Virus record (IMG/VR): IMGVR_UViG_2703718861_000013
DNA from: a virus
Taxonomy: Duplodnaviria > Heunggongvirae > Uroviricota > Caudoviricetes
Direction: 5' to 3' (one strand)
DNA length: 64,000 nt
The translations under genes were made by a program, and so were the position numbers. Under the pieces are notes generated by a model. That model saw nothing but the letters and a program-made list of their open reading frames with translations. It had not been told where the DNA came from and made no database searches. This document shows positions 51,237 to 60,727 of this stretch, one piece after another (within the stretch, counting starts at the first letter, position 1; each line of letters opens with the position of its first letter).

Positions 51237-51731
51237 ATGGATCGAGAGTTAAAAAATCTGACGCTGAATATCAGTCAACTGGCGGCATTGTCAGGTGTAC
51301 ATCGCCAGACTGCTGCGGCAAGGCTGCAAAATCTACCCGTTGCAGGGGGGCATGAAAGCAACCTCAAGCTTTATCGGGTGGTTGATATTGTGTCGGCATT
51401 TCTGGCATTACCACCGCCGGTTGCAGAAGGCGAAATGGACGCGCATGAGCGCAAAGCCTGGTATCAGTCTGAACGTGAGCGTCTTAAGTTCGAACAGGAA
51501 ACGGCACAACTCATTCCGGCCAGTGATGTCAGACGGGAGTTTGCCATCTGGGCAAAAGCGGTCGTGCAGGTGCTGGAGACATTACCGGATATTCTTGAAC
51601 GTGACTGCGGTCTGCAGCCTGCCGCTGTGAGCCGTGTTCAGTCCATTATTGATGATCTGCGCGATCAGATAGCCCTGCGGGTGACTGAAGCAGGTGCGGA
51701 TGATGAGGAGGAATTACAGCAGGAGGAGTAA
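51237..51731 (+). CDS. nohA: terminase small subunit (Nu1-like, N-terminal HTH)
   Basis: Stop overlaps terminase large subunit start; ...LTLNISQLAALSGVHRQTAAARLQNLP. Confidence 0.6.
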   Translation: MDRELKNLTLNISQLAALSGVHRQTAAARLQNLPVAGGHESNLKLYRVVDIVSAFLALPPPVAEGEMDAHERKAWYQSERERLKFEQETAQLIPASDVRREFAIWAKAVVQVLETLPDILERDCGLQPAAVSRVQSIIDDLRDQIALRVTEAGADDEEELQQEE

Positions 51732-53833
51732 TGCTGAATCAGGAAACCGCAAAGGCAGCACGAACCGATTCAGGTTATATCCTTCGCGCACCGAGACGAA
51801 TGCGGGTTGCTGATGCCGTTGCTCAGTATATGCGGGTGCCCATGGGGGCAGGGAACTCAGTCCCGTGGGATCCGCTGGTGGCACCGTATGTTATTGAGCC
51901 TATGAACTGCCTGGCCTCGCGTGAATACGACGCAGTGATATTTGTTGGCCCGGCACGAACCGGCAAGACTATCGGCCTGATTGACGGCTGGGTGATTTAC
52001 AACGTGATTTGCGATCCTGCTGATATGCTGATCATTCAGATGACGGAGGAAAAAGCCCGCGAACACTCCAAAAAACGACTCGCCAGAACGTTTCGCGTCA
52101 GCCCGGAAGTGGTCAGTCGCCTGAGTCCGAACAAAAATGACAACAACGTTTATGACAGAACATTCCTTGCTGGCAACTACCTGAAAATCGGCTGGCCGTC
52201 AGTCAATATCATGTCTTCATCAGATTATAAATGCGTGGCGCTGACGGATTATGACCGTTTTCCGGAAGATATTGATGGTGAGGGGGATGCCTTCTCTCTT
52301 GCCTCAAAACGTACCACCACATTTATGTCCAGTGGTATGACGCTGGTGGAGAGTTCCCCCGGCAGGGATGTGAAGGATGTGAAATGGCGACGGACTTCAC
52401 CGCATGAGGCTCCACCAACCACGGGGATCCTGTCGCTCTATAACCGTGGCGATCGCCGTCGCTGGTACTGGCCCTGTCCACACTGTGGTGAGTATTTTCA
52501 GCCCTGCGGCGATGTGGTTGCTGGTTTCCGTGATATTGCCGATCCTGTGCTGGCAAGTGAGGCGGCTTATATTCAGTGTCCTTCCTGTTCAGGACGGATT
52601 TTGCCTGAACAAAAACGCGAGCTGAACGGACGTGGGGTCTGGTTACGGGATGGTGAATCCATCAATGCAGATGGCAGTCGTTATGGTGATCCCCGGCGTT
52701 CACGTATTGCGTCATTCTGGATGGAGGGGCCGGCAGCTGCTTATCAGACACTCTCGCAACTCGTTTACAAACTGCTTACTGCAGAACAGGAATACGAGAC
52801 AACCGGAAGTGAAGAGACACTCAAGACGGTTATCAATACCGACTGGGGATTACCTTATCTTCCCCGCGCCAGCATGGAGCAACGAAAAAGTGAATTGCTT
52901 GAGCAGCGGGCAGAGCCAGTTCCTTCCCGCAGTGTGCCGGATGGCGTTAATTTCCTTGTGGCGACAGTGGATGTGCAGGCGGGACGTCATCGCCGTTTTG
53001 TGGTTCAGGTAACGGGCTATGGCAGCCGTGGCGAACGCTGGATTATTGATCGTTACAACATCACGCAGTCATTGCGCGGTGACAGCGACGGGGAGAGCCA
53101 GCGAATTGATCCGGCCAGCTATCCGGAAGACTGGGATGTCCTGCTGACGGATGTTTTTCATAAAAGCTGGCCGCTGGCCTCCGATCCTTCTCAACAAATG
53201 CGACTGATGGCAATGGCGGTGGACTCCGGCGGTGAAGACGGGGTCACTGATAATGCCTATAAATTCTGGCGTCGTTGCCGTCGTGATGGCCTTGGTAAAC
53301 GTATTTACCTGTTTAAGGGCGACAGCATCCGGCGCGCAAAACTGATCACCCGTACATTCCCTGATAACACCGGACGAACGGGCCGACGGGCGCAGGCCGC
53401 AGGTGATGTACCGCTCTGGCTTCTTCAGACGGATGCCCTGAAAGACCGGGTGAATAACGCGTTATGGCGTGACTCGCCAGGTCCCGGCTATGTGCATTTC
53501 CCTGACTGGCTGGGGAGCTGGTTTTACGACGAACTGACGTATGAAGAGCGGAGCAGTGACGGGAAATGGAGTAAGCCGGGTCGCGGTGCCAACGAAGCTT
53601 TTGACCTGATGGTGTATGCCGAGGCTCTGGTCATTCTGCATGGATACGAAAAGATCCGCTGGCCGGATGCACCGGAGTGGGCGAGCCGGGAAACCTGGCT
53701 GGAGTGTGTCCCGGACAGTACCGAACCGTCACCCACACCGGAACCGGTATCCACGCCTGTTAAAAAACAAAAACGGAAGAAAACAGTAACTGACGATGTT
53801 AACCCCTGGCTGACTTCCGGAGGATGGTTATGA
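51731..53833 (+). CDS. terminase large subunit (lambda gpA family)
   Basis: 700 aa; Walker A VGPARTGKT. Confidence 0.85.
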   Translation: MLNQETAKAARTDSGYILRAPRRMRVADAVAQYMRVPMGAGNSVPWDPLVAPYVIEPMNCLASREYDAVIFVGPARTGKTIGLIDGWVIYNVICDPADMLIIQMTEEKAREHSKKRLARTFRVSPEVVSRLSPNKNDNNVYDRTFLAGNYLKIGWPSVNIMSSSDYKCVALTDYDRFPEDIDGEGDAFSLASKRTTTFMSSGMTLVESSPGRDVKDVKWRRTSPHEAPPTTGILSLYNRGDRRRWYWPCPHCGEYFQPCGDVVAGFRDIADPVLASEAAYIQCPSCSGRILPEQKRELNGRGVWLRDGESINADGSRYGDPRRSRIASFWMEGPAAAYQTLSQLVYKLLTAEQEYETTGSEETLKTVINTDWGLPYLPRASMEQRKSELLEQRAEPVPSRSVPDGVNFLVATVDVQAGRHRRFVVQVTGYGSRGERWIIDRYNITQSLRGDSDGESQRIDPASYPEDWDVLLTDVFHKSWPLASDPSQQMRLMAMAVDSGGEDGVTDNAYKFWRRCRRDGLGKRIYLFKGDSIRRAKLITRTFPDNTGRTGRRAQAAGDVPLWLLQTDALKDRVNNALWRDSPGPGYVHFPDWLGSWFYDELTYEERSSDGKWSKPGRGANEAFDLMVYAEALVILHGYEKIRWPDAPEWASRETWLECVPDSTEPSPTPEPVSTPVKKQKRKKTVTDDVNPWLTSGGWL

Positions 53834-54042
53834 ATCAGAATGATATTGAAGCCATGATTCAGCGTTATACGGAAGCTGAAATGGCAGTGCTGGACGGAAA
53901 ATCCGTCACTTTTAATGGTCAGCAGATGACCATGGAAAACTTATCTGAGATCCGGCAGGGGCGGCAGGAGTGGGAGCGCCGCCTTGCGGCTCTGATTACA
54001 CGACGACGGGGGCATCCCGGGTACCGGCTGGCGAGGTTCTGA
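53830..54042 (+). CDS. head-tail joining protein (gpW-like)
   Basis: ~70-aa ORF between terminase and portal, ATGA overlaps. Confidence 0.55.
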   Translation: MNQNDIEAMIQRYTEAEMAVLDGKSVTFNGQQMTMENLSEIRQGRQEWERRLAALITRRRGHPGYRLARF

Positions 54043-55550
54043 TGGCAATTCTTGATGATGTGATTGGCGTTTTTTCACCAGGATGGAAAGCGGCAAGGCT
54101 GCGTTCCCGAGCGGTGATCCAAGCTTATGAGGCCGTAAAAACGACGCGGACACACAAAGCCCGACGGGAGAACCGAACTGCCGACCAGTTAAGCCAGTAC
54201 GGGGCCGTGTCGTTACGTGAGCAGGCCCGTTACCTTGATAACAACCACGATCTGGTCATTGGTGTATTTGACAAGCTGGAAGAACGGGTGGTGGGGAAAA
54301 ACGGGATTATTGTCGAGCCACATCCGGTATTACGCAATGGTGCCATTGCCCGTGACCTGGCAGCGGAGATACGTACCCGATGGAGTGAATGGTCTGTCAG
54401 TCCGGAAGTCACCGGGCAGTTTACCCGTCCGATGCTGGAACGTCTGATGCTGCGTACCTGGCTGCGCGATGGTGAGGTGTTTGCCCAGATGGTTTCCGGG
54501 CGCATAAACAGCCTGACGCCTTCTGCCGGTGTTCATTTCTGGCTGGAGGCGCTCGAGCCGGACTTTATTCCCATGACCAGTGATGAGAGCAACAGGCTGA
54601 ATCAGGGCGTGTTTGTTGATGACTGGGGGCGTCCCGAAAAATATCTGGTGTATAAAAGTCGTCCTGTATCCGGACGGCAGATGGAAACCAAAGAAGTGGA
54701 TGCAGAGCGAATGCTGCATCTTAAATTTGTTCGCCGTCTGCACCAGATGCGCGGGACGTCTTTATTGTCCGGTGTGCTGATCCGCCTCAGCGCCCTGAAA
54801 GAGTATGAAGATTCTGAGTTGACTGCAGCAAGGATCGCCGCTGCTCTGGGGATGTACATCCGGAAAGGCGACGGACAGAGCTATGAAACGGATGGTAATG
54901 ACAGCAAGGAGAATGAACGCGAGCTTACCATTCAGCCAGGCATTATTTACGACGATCTGAAACCCGGCGAAGAAATCGGAATGGTGAAGTCGGATCGTCC
55001 CAATCCTAACCTTGAAACTTTTCGTAATGGTCAGTTGCGTGCCGTGGCGGCGGGCAGTCGTCTGAGTTTTTCCAGTACGGCACGCAACTATAACGGCACT
55101 TACAGCGCCCAGCGTCAGGAACTGGTTGAGTCTACTGATGGCTACCTGATCCTGCAGGACTGGTTTATTGGTGCCGTCACCCGCCCGATGTATCGTGCCT
55201 GGCTGAAACAGGCTGTGGCATCCGGTGTTATCAGGCTACCCCGCGATCTTGACCGTTCTTCACTGTATACCGCGGTGTATTCCGGACCAGTGATGCCGTG
55301 GATTGACCCTGTTAAGGAGGCTGAGGCCTGGAAAATCCAGATTCGTGGTGGAGCGGCGACAGAATCAGACTGGGTACGTGCTGGTGGTCGTAATCCGGAT
55401 GATGTCAAACGTCGGCGCAAGGCCGAAATTGATGAAAACCGCAAGCTGGATCTGGTATTTGATACCGATCCGGCCAGTGATAAAGGAGGCAGCAGTGCCG
55501 CAACGAAACGACAGGAGCCGCAGCACACCGACGACCAGTCCGAAGAATAA
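54042..55550 (+). CDS. portal protein (lambda gpB-like)
   Basis: 502 aa after terminase and W; acidic C-terminus. Confidence 0.8.
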   Translation: MAILDDVIGVFSPGWKAARLRSRAVIQAYEAVKTTRTHKARRENRTADQLSQYGAVSLREQARYLDNNHDLVIGVFDKLEERVVGKNGIIVEPHPVLRNGAIARDLAAEIRTRWSEWSVSPEVTGQFTRPMLERLMLRTWLRDGEVFAQMVSGRINSLTPSAGVHFWLEALEPDFIPMTSDESNRLNQGVFVDDWGRPEKYLVYKSRPVSGRQMETKEVDAERMLHLKFVRRLHQMRGTSLLSGVLIRLSALKEYEDSELTAARIAAALGMYIRKGDGQSYETDGNDSKENERELTIQPGIIYDDLKPGEEIGMVKSDRPNPNLETFRNGQLRAVAAGSRLSFSSTARNYNGTYSAQRQELVESTDGYLILQDWFIGAVTRPMYRAWLKQAVASGVIRLPRDLDRSSLYTAVYSGPVMPWIDPVKEAEAWKIQIRGGAATESDWVRAGGRNPDDVKRRRKAEIDENRKLDLVFDTDPASDKGGSSAATKRQEPQHTDDQSEE

Positions 55551-55563
55551 TTCCTGGTTCAGG

Positions 55564-57522
55564 ATGCAGGCTGGTCACCAGAGTGACGCGGATATTTATA
55601 TTTATGACGAGATTGGTTTCTGGGGTGTTACAGCGAAGCAGTTTATCAGTGATCTGAATGCACTGGGCGATATCACCCACATTAATCTCCATATTAATTC
55701 ACCGGGTGGCGATGTCTTTGAAGGCATCGCCATTTTTAATGCGCTGAAAACACATGGTGCGTCCATTACCGTTTATGTCGACGGTGTGGCGGCGTCAATG
55801 GCGTCGGTCATTGCGATGGTGGGAAACCCGGTCATTATGCCGGAAAACACTTTCATGATGATTCATAAACCATTTGGCTTTACGGGCGGTGATGCGGAGG
55901 ACATGCGCACCTATGCCGACCTGCTCGATAAAGTTGAGGCGGTTCTGTTACCCGCTTATGCACAGAAAACCGGGAAAACCACCGATGAAATTGCTGCCAT
56001 GCTGGCGGATGAGACCTGGATGTCCGGTGCCGAATGTCTGGCACATGGATTTGCTGATCAGGTAACGCCAGCCGTTAAGGCAATGGCATGTATTCAGTCA
56101 AAACGTACAGAGGAATTTAAAAAGATGCCGGAATCCATTCGAAACATGATTACTCCGCCACGCAACAGTGCTCCACGCGTACAGGATGATGAACCTGCAG
56201 CCTCCCGGACGCCAGTGCAGGCAGCAGCACCCGTGGTGGATGAAAACAGTATCCGTGCGCAGGTACTGGCAGAGCAAAAAGCGCGTGTAAACGGTATTAA
56301 TGATCTGTTTGCCATGTTTGGCGGGCGTTATCAGACTCTGCAGGCTCAGTGTCTTGCCGATCCTGAATGTTCGCTGGAGCAGGCCCGCGAAAAGCTGTTG
56401 AACGAGATGGGGCGCGAGTCCACGCCATCCAATAAAAATACCCCGGCTCATATTTATGCCGGTAACGGTAATTTTGTGGGGGACGGGATCCGCCAGGCGC
56501 TGATGGCGCGTGCCGGATTTGAAAAAACCGAACGTGATAATGTCTACAACGGGATGACCCTGCGTGAATATGCCCGTATGTCACTGACTGAACGGGGTAT
56601 TGGGGTTTCCAGTTATAACCCGATGCAGATGGTCGGTGCGGCGTTCACACACAGTACGTCTGACTTCGGTAATATTCTGCTGGATGTTGCGAACAAAGCC
56701 ATTCTGCAGGGCTGGGAAGATGCTCCTGAAACCTATGAACAGTGGACGCGGAAAGGTCAGTTGTCTGATTTTAAAATTGCCCATCGTGTGGGTATGGGGG
56801 GCTTCAGTGCTCTGCGTCAGGTGCGTGAAGGGGCGGAATATAAATACGTCACCACCGGAGATAAACAGGCCACTATTGCACTGGCGACCTATGGCGAGCT
56901 GTTCAGTATCACCCGTCAGGCCATTATCAATGATGATCTGAATATGCTGACCGATGTCCCGATGAAGCTGGGCCGTGCGGCGAAATCCACCATTGCCGAT
57001 CTGGTTTATGCCATTCTGACGTCTAACCCGAAAATCTCCACAGATAATGTAAGTCTGTTCGATAAAGCGAAACATGCAAACGTACTGGAGAGCGCTGCAA
57101 TGGACGTGGCATCGCTGGATAAAGCCCGCCAGTTGATGCGCGTTCAGAAAGAGGGGGAGCGTCATCTGAATATTCGTCCTGCGTTCGTACTGGTACCGAC
57201 GGCGATGGAGTCTGTTGCTAACCAGGTCATTCGCTCCTCAAGTGTCAAGGGGGCTGACATTAACGCAGGTATTATTAACCCGGTGAAAGATTTTGCGACC
57301 GTTATTGCAGAGCCTCGTCTTGATGATAACAGCCAGACCACCTTCTACCTGGCTGCGTCCAAAGGCTCCGATACGATTGAAGTGGCTTATCTCAACGGTG
57401 TGGATACGCCATATATTGATCAGATGGAGGGCTTCAGTGTGGATGGCGTGACAACGAAAGTGCGTATTGACGCCGGTGTCGCGCCAGTTGATCACCGCGG
57501 TCTGGTGAAATGTACGGCGTAA
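55564..57522 (+). CDS. prohead protease (ClpP/S49-like) fused in one frame with scaffold-like linker and major capsid protein
   Basis: N-terminal ...INSPGGDVFEGIAIFNALK...ASMASVIAM protease motifs; C-terminal ~300 aa capsid-like. Confidence 0.75.
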   Translation: MQAGHQSDADIYIYDEIGFWGVTAKQFISDLNALGDITHINLHINSPGGDVFEGIAIFNALKTHGASITVYVDGVAASMASVIAMVGNPVIMPENTFMMIHKPFGFTGGDAEDMRTYADLLDKVEAVLLPAYAQKTGKTTDEIAAMLADETWMSGAECLAHGFADQVTPAVKAMACIQSKRTEEFKKMPESIRNMITPPRNSAPRVQDDEPAASRTPVQAAAPVVDENSIRAQVLAEQKARVNGINDLFAMFGGRYQTLQAQCLADPECSLEQAREKLLNEMGRESTPSNKNTPAHIYAGNGNFVGDGIRQALMARAGFEKTERDNVYNGMTLREYARMSLTERGIGVSSYNPMQMVGAAFTHSTSDFGNILLDVANKAILQGWEDAPETYEQWTRKGQLSDFKIAHRVGMGGFSALRQVREGAEYKYVTTGDKQATIALATYGELFSITRQAIINDDLNMLTDVPMKLGRAAKSTIADLVYAILTSNPKISTDNVSLFDKAKHANVLESAAMDVASLDKARQLMRVQKEGERHLNIRPAFVLVPTAMESVANQVIRSSSVKGADINAGIINPVKDFATVIAEPRLDDNSQTTFYLAASKGSDTIEVAYLNGVDTPYIDQMEGFSVDGVTTKVRIDAGVAPVDHRGLVKCTA

Positions 57523-57546
57523 ACGTCGCAGACAACAACTCTGATG

Positions 57547-57566
57547 GCCCGTAAGGGCTTTTTTTG
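57547..57566 (+). terminator. intrinsic terminator after the capsid gene
   Basis: gcccgtaagggc plus ttttttt. Confidence 0.5.
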
Positions 57567-57608
57567 TACCTGAAATCAGCCTCTGAACGGGGCTGTACGG
57601 AGACAGTT

Positions 57609-57932
57609 ATGGCAAAGAATTTTGTAGAAGAAGGAAAAACGGTGGCGATTGTTGCCAGTGCAGCCATCAGCAGCGGAGATCTGGTGCAGGTGGGTGATGT
57701 TTTTGCGGTGGCGCTGACCGATATTCCACAGGGTGAAACAGGCGACGGCATGACCGAAGGTGTGTTTATCCTGCCTAAACTGAAAACGGATGACATGAAA
57801 ACGGGTAAGAAGGTTTATCTGAAGTCCGGAAAAGTTCAGCTGACTAACAGCGGCTCTGATCCGCTGGTCGGGGTTGTCTGGGCAGATGCCGGAACCAGTG
57901 CAGAAGAAGTGCCGGTAAAACTCAATGTCTGA
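57609..57932 (+). CDS. head completion / decoration-position protein (107 aa)
   Basis: Position only; function not verified. Confidence 0.4.
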   Translation: MAKNFVEEGKTVAIVASAAISSGDLVQVGDVFAVALTDIPQGETGDGMTEGVFILPKLKTDDMKTGKKVYLKSGKVQLTNSGSDPLVGVVWADAGTSAEEVPVKLNV

Positions 57933-58200
57933 TCCCTTTTCCCGGCTGGCAGCGCGTATGGATGCGATCACGGTCAGAAAGATGGGAAAGACAGCCTCGA
58001 TTAATGATGTCGATATGGCTGTGATCCCGGGCGAAACACTGGCAGAGCTGAATGCTCTGTCCGGACCTGCGGTCTCTCTGGTGGTGTTTTCTTCGGGATA
58101 CCGCCCACGGCGCGGGGATCGCGTTGTTTATGACGGACAACAATGGACGGTCACACGGCATGAACGTTTTAACGGTAAGCCAATGATCTTTATTGAGTAA
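57925..58200 (+). CDS. head-tail connector-position protein (91 aa)
   Basis: Position only. Confidence 0.4.
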   Translation: MSDPFSRLAARMDAITVRKMGKTASINDVDMAVIPGETLAELNALSGPAVSLVVFSSGYRPRRGDRVVYDGQQWTVTRHERFNGKPMIFIE

Positions 58201-58211
58201 AGAGGTGTGGG

Positions 58212-58790
58212 ATGAAGGGGCTTGAGAATGCCATCCGCAATCTGAACAGCCTTGATACCCGTATGGTGCCACAGGCCAGCGCATGGGCGATAAACCGTGT
58301 GGCACAGAAAGCGGTCTCGGTTGCCACCCGGCAGGTTGCCGGGAATACCGTTGCGGGAGATAACCAGGTGAAAGGGATCCCCCTGAAACTGGTACGTCAG
58401 CGTGTCCGGGTGTTTAAAGCCAGTCCGTCAGGAAAAATGACGGCCAGGATCCGCGTTAACCGGGGCAATCTGCCCGCCATTAAGCTGGGGACAGCCCGGG
58501 TCAGACTGGCCCGGCGTGGTGGAAAACTGCAGTACCGTGGCAGTGTGCTGAAGGTGGGTAAATATCTTTTCCGGGATGCGTTTATTCAGCAACTGGCGAA
58601 TGGTCGCTGGCATGTGATGCGGCGTATTGATGGCAAAAATCGTTACCCCATTGATGTGGTGAAAATCCCGCTGTCCGGACCGCTGACACAGGCATTTGAA
58701 GATGCCCGCGACCACATCATTGCTGCGGAAATGCCGAAACAGCTGGGGTATGCACTGAAACAACAACTGAGGTTATGGCTGACCCGATGA
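58212..58790 (+). CDS. minor tail protein Z-like
   Basis: 192 aa, same length and position as lambda gpZ. Confidence 0.5.
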   Translation: MKGLENAIRNLNSLDTRMVPQASAWAINRVAQKAVSVATRQVAGNTVAGDNQVKGIPLKLVRQRVRVFKASPSGKMTARIRVNRGNLPAIKLGTARVRLARRGGKLQYRGSVLKVGKYLFRDAFIQQLANGRWHVMRRIDGKNRYPIDVVKIPLSGPLTQAFEDARDHIIAAEMPKQLGYALKQQLRLWLTR

Positions 58791-59188
58791 ACCGGCATAC
58801 ACAAATCCGCCAGGCCGTACTGGCACGCCTTCGGGAACAGTGTGGAGACAGCGCCACGTTTTTTGACGGGCTTCCGGCATTTATTGATGCGCAGGAACTG
58901 CCTGCCGTGGCGGTGTGGCTGAGTGATGCTCAGTACACCGGAAAAATGACGGATGAAGATGACTGGCAGGCTGTTCTGCATATTGCCGTCTTCATCCGGG
59001 CACAGGCACCGGATTCAGAGCTGGATATGTGGATGGAGAGCACCATTTTCCCTGCCCTGAATGATATACCGGCACTTTCCGGACTCATCGACACCCTGAT
59101 CCCACTCGGTTTTAACTATCAACGTGATAATGAGATGGCCACCTGGGCGATGGCGGAAATCACGTACCAGATCACGTACACGAATTAA
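58787..59188 (+). CDS. minor tail protein U-like (tail terminator)
   Basis: ...ATFFDG.PAFIDAQELPAVAVWL...YTG...DDWQA.LHI.VF..AQAPDSELDMWMES.IFPAL.DIPALS.LI resembles lambda gpU. Confidence 0.7.
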   Translation: MNRHTQIRQAVLARLREQCGDSATFFDGLPAFIDAQELPAVAVWLSDAQYTGKMTDEDDWQAVLHIAVFIRAQAPDSELDMWMESTIFPALNDIPALSGLIDTLIPLGFNYQRDNEMATWAMAEITYQITYTN

Positions 59189-59198
59189 GGAGGTGGTA

Positions 59199-59942
59199 AT
59201 GACCACACCAAATCCACTGGCAAAGACGAAAGGTGCGGGGACGACGTTCTGGATGTATACCGGCAACGGCGATGCGTTTGCGAACCCTTTGTCGGACACT
59301 GACTGGCTGCGTCTTGCGATGGTGAAGGATCTGCAACCTGGCGAAATGACCGCTGATGCAGAAGATGACACTTATCTCGATGATGAAGATGCAGACTGGA
59401 AAACGACAACCCAGGGGCAGAAATCCGTTGGTGATACTTCGGCGACGCTGGCCTGGCGTCCGGGTGACAGCGGGCAGAAAAAACTGGTTCAGTTGTTCGA
59501 CTCCGGTGAAGTCTGCGCGTTTCGTATCAAATATCCCAACGGCACTGTTGATGTTTTCCGTGGCTGGCTGAGCTCACTGGGTAAAACCATTGCCTCAAAA
59601 GACGTGATGACCCGCACTGTGAAAATCAGCGGTGTGGGGCGTCCGTATCTGGCAGAGGAAGGCACTGAAACCGTGAGCGTTACCGGGCTGACAGTATCAC
59701 CGGCGTCTGCCAGTGTAAAAGTGGGAGCAACCACCACGCTGACCTTTACAGTAAAACCTGACGGAGCCAGTGACAAAGCGATCAGTGTGCATTCGTCAGA
59801 TCCACAGACTGCCACGGTTACCCTGAACGGACTTGTGGCCACGGTAAAAGGCGTGAAGCAGGGCAGTGTCAGCATTGTGGGCATGACCGCTGACGGGAAT
59901 TTTGTGGCTGTGACTGCGGTGACTGTCAGCGCAGCAGGTTAA
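59199..59942 (+). CDS. major tail protein V with C-terminal Ig-like domain
   Basis: ...NPLAKTKGAGTTFWMY.G.GDAFANPLSD.DW.RLA.VKDL.PGE.TA...DD.YLDDEDADW close to lambda gpV. Confidence 0.8.
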   Translation: MTTPNPLAKTKGAGTTFWMYTGNGDAFANPLSDTDWLRLAMVKDLQPGEMTADAEDDTYLDDEDADWKTTTQGQKSVGDTSATLAWRPGDSGQKKLVQLFDSGEVCAFRIKYPNGTVDVFRGWLSSLGKTIASKDVMTRTVKISGVGRPYLAEEGTETVSVTGLTVSPASASVKVGATTTLTFTVKPDGASDKAISVHSSDPQTATVTLNGLVATVKGVKQGSVSIVGMTADGNFVAVTAVTVSAAG

Positions 59943-59962
59943 CAGGACGATACTCATCATTT

Positions 59963-59986
59963 GCCCCGGTTATGCGGGGCTTTTTT
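59963..59986 (+). terminator. hairpin plus T-tract between V and G
   Basis: gccccg-gttat-gcggggc plus tttttt. Confidence 0.5.
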
Positions 59987-59999
59987 GCAGGTGGAGAAC

Positions 60000-60389
60000 A
60001 TGATGTTTCTGAAACAGGACACGTTTAATTATGAAAAACAGTCCGTGGTGCTCAGTGAGCTGTCCGGGCTGCAGAGAATTGAATATCTGACGTTTGTTCA
60101 GCAGCGAACGGCAAAGTTTGATGCCGGGGAGGGAGAACTGCCGGAGGCTGAACGACAGATTGCTTTTCTGCGGATGGGGATGGATATCAATGCCTGGCTG
60201 GTTTCCCGCTCACTGTGGAATGCGGATCAGTCTAAGGATGTAGAGACGCTTTGCGCATCCGTTATTACAACATGGTCGTATGATGCCCTGGGTGCGGGGG
60301 CGGAGATGGTTCTGTCGCTGAGCGGTATGGGGGCCATTGATAATGCCGTGGATGATGAGCATGAGGCGCTGACGCCGGAAAAGTCCTGA
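60000..60389 (+). CDS. tail assembly chaperone G
   Basis: GGTGGAG RBS; followed by an overlapping -1 frame (T) as in lambda G/GT. Confidence 0.65.
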   Translation: MMFLKQDTFNYEKQSVVLSELSGLQRIEYLTFVQQRTAKFDAGEGELPEAERQIAFLRMGMDINAWLVSRSLWNADQSKDVETLCASVITTWSYDALGAGAEMVLSLSGMGAIDNAVDDEHEALTPEKS

Positions 60390-60397
60390 CGCGGGAA

Positions 60398-60727
60398 ATG
60401 CAGTTTGTCATGCGGCTTGCCCGGGAGTTCCGGCGGGCAGACTGGCGGCGGATGCTGTCGGAAATGTCGGCCACTGAGCTTGGTGAGTGGGGCGATTATT
60501 TCCGGATGCAGAGCTTCAGTGATGTGTGGATGGATGCGCAGTTTGCCTCGCTGAAGGCATTGATCGTGAGAATGGTGTCCGGCAGCAGTGATGCTGCGGT
60601 GGCTGATTTCAGCCTTTTACCGGAAGAGAACGGGATACCGGAGCGAACGGACGAAGAACTGATGCATCTTGGGGAAGGTATTTCCGGAGGTGTGCGTTAT
60701 GGACCAGATAGCCAACCTGGTCATTGA
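60398..60727 (+). CDS. T-like segment, probably expressed as a G-T fusion by -1 frameshift
   Basis: -1 frame open from near the end of G; no independent RBS. Confidence 0.5.
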   Translation: MQFVMRLAREFRRADWRRMLSEMSATELGEWGDYFRMQSFSDVWMDAQFASLKALIVRMVSGSSDAAVADFSLLPEENGIPERTDEELMHLGEGISGGVRYGPDSQPGH

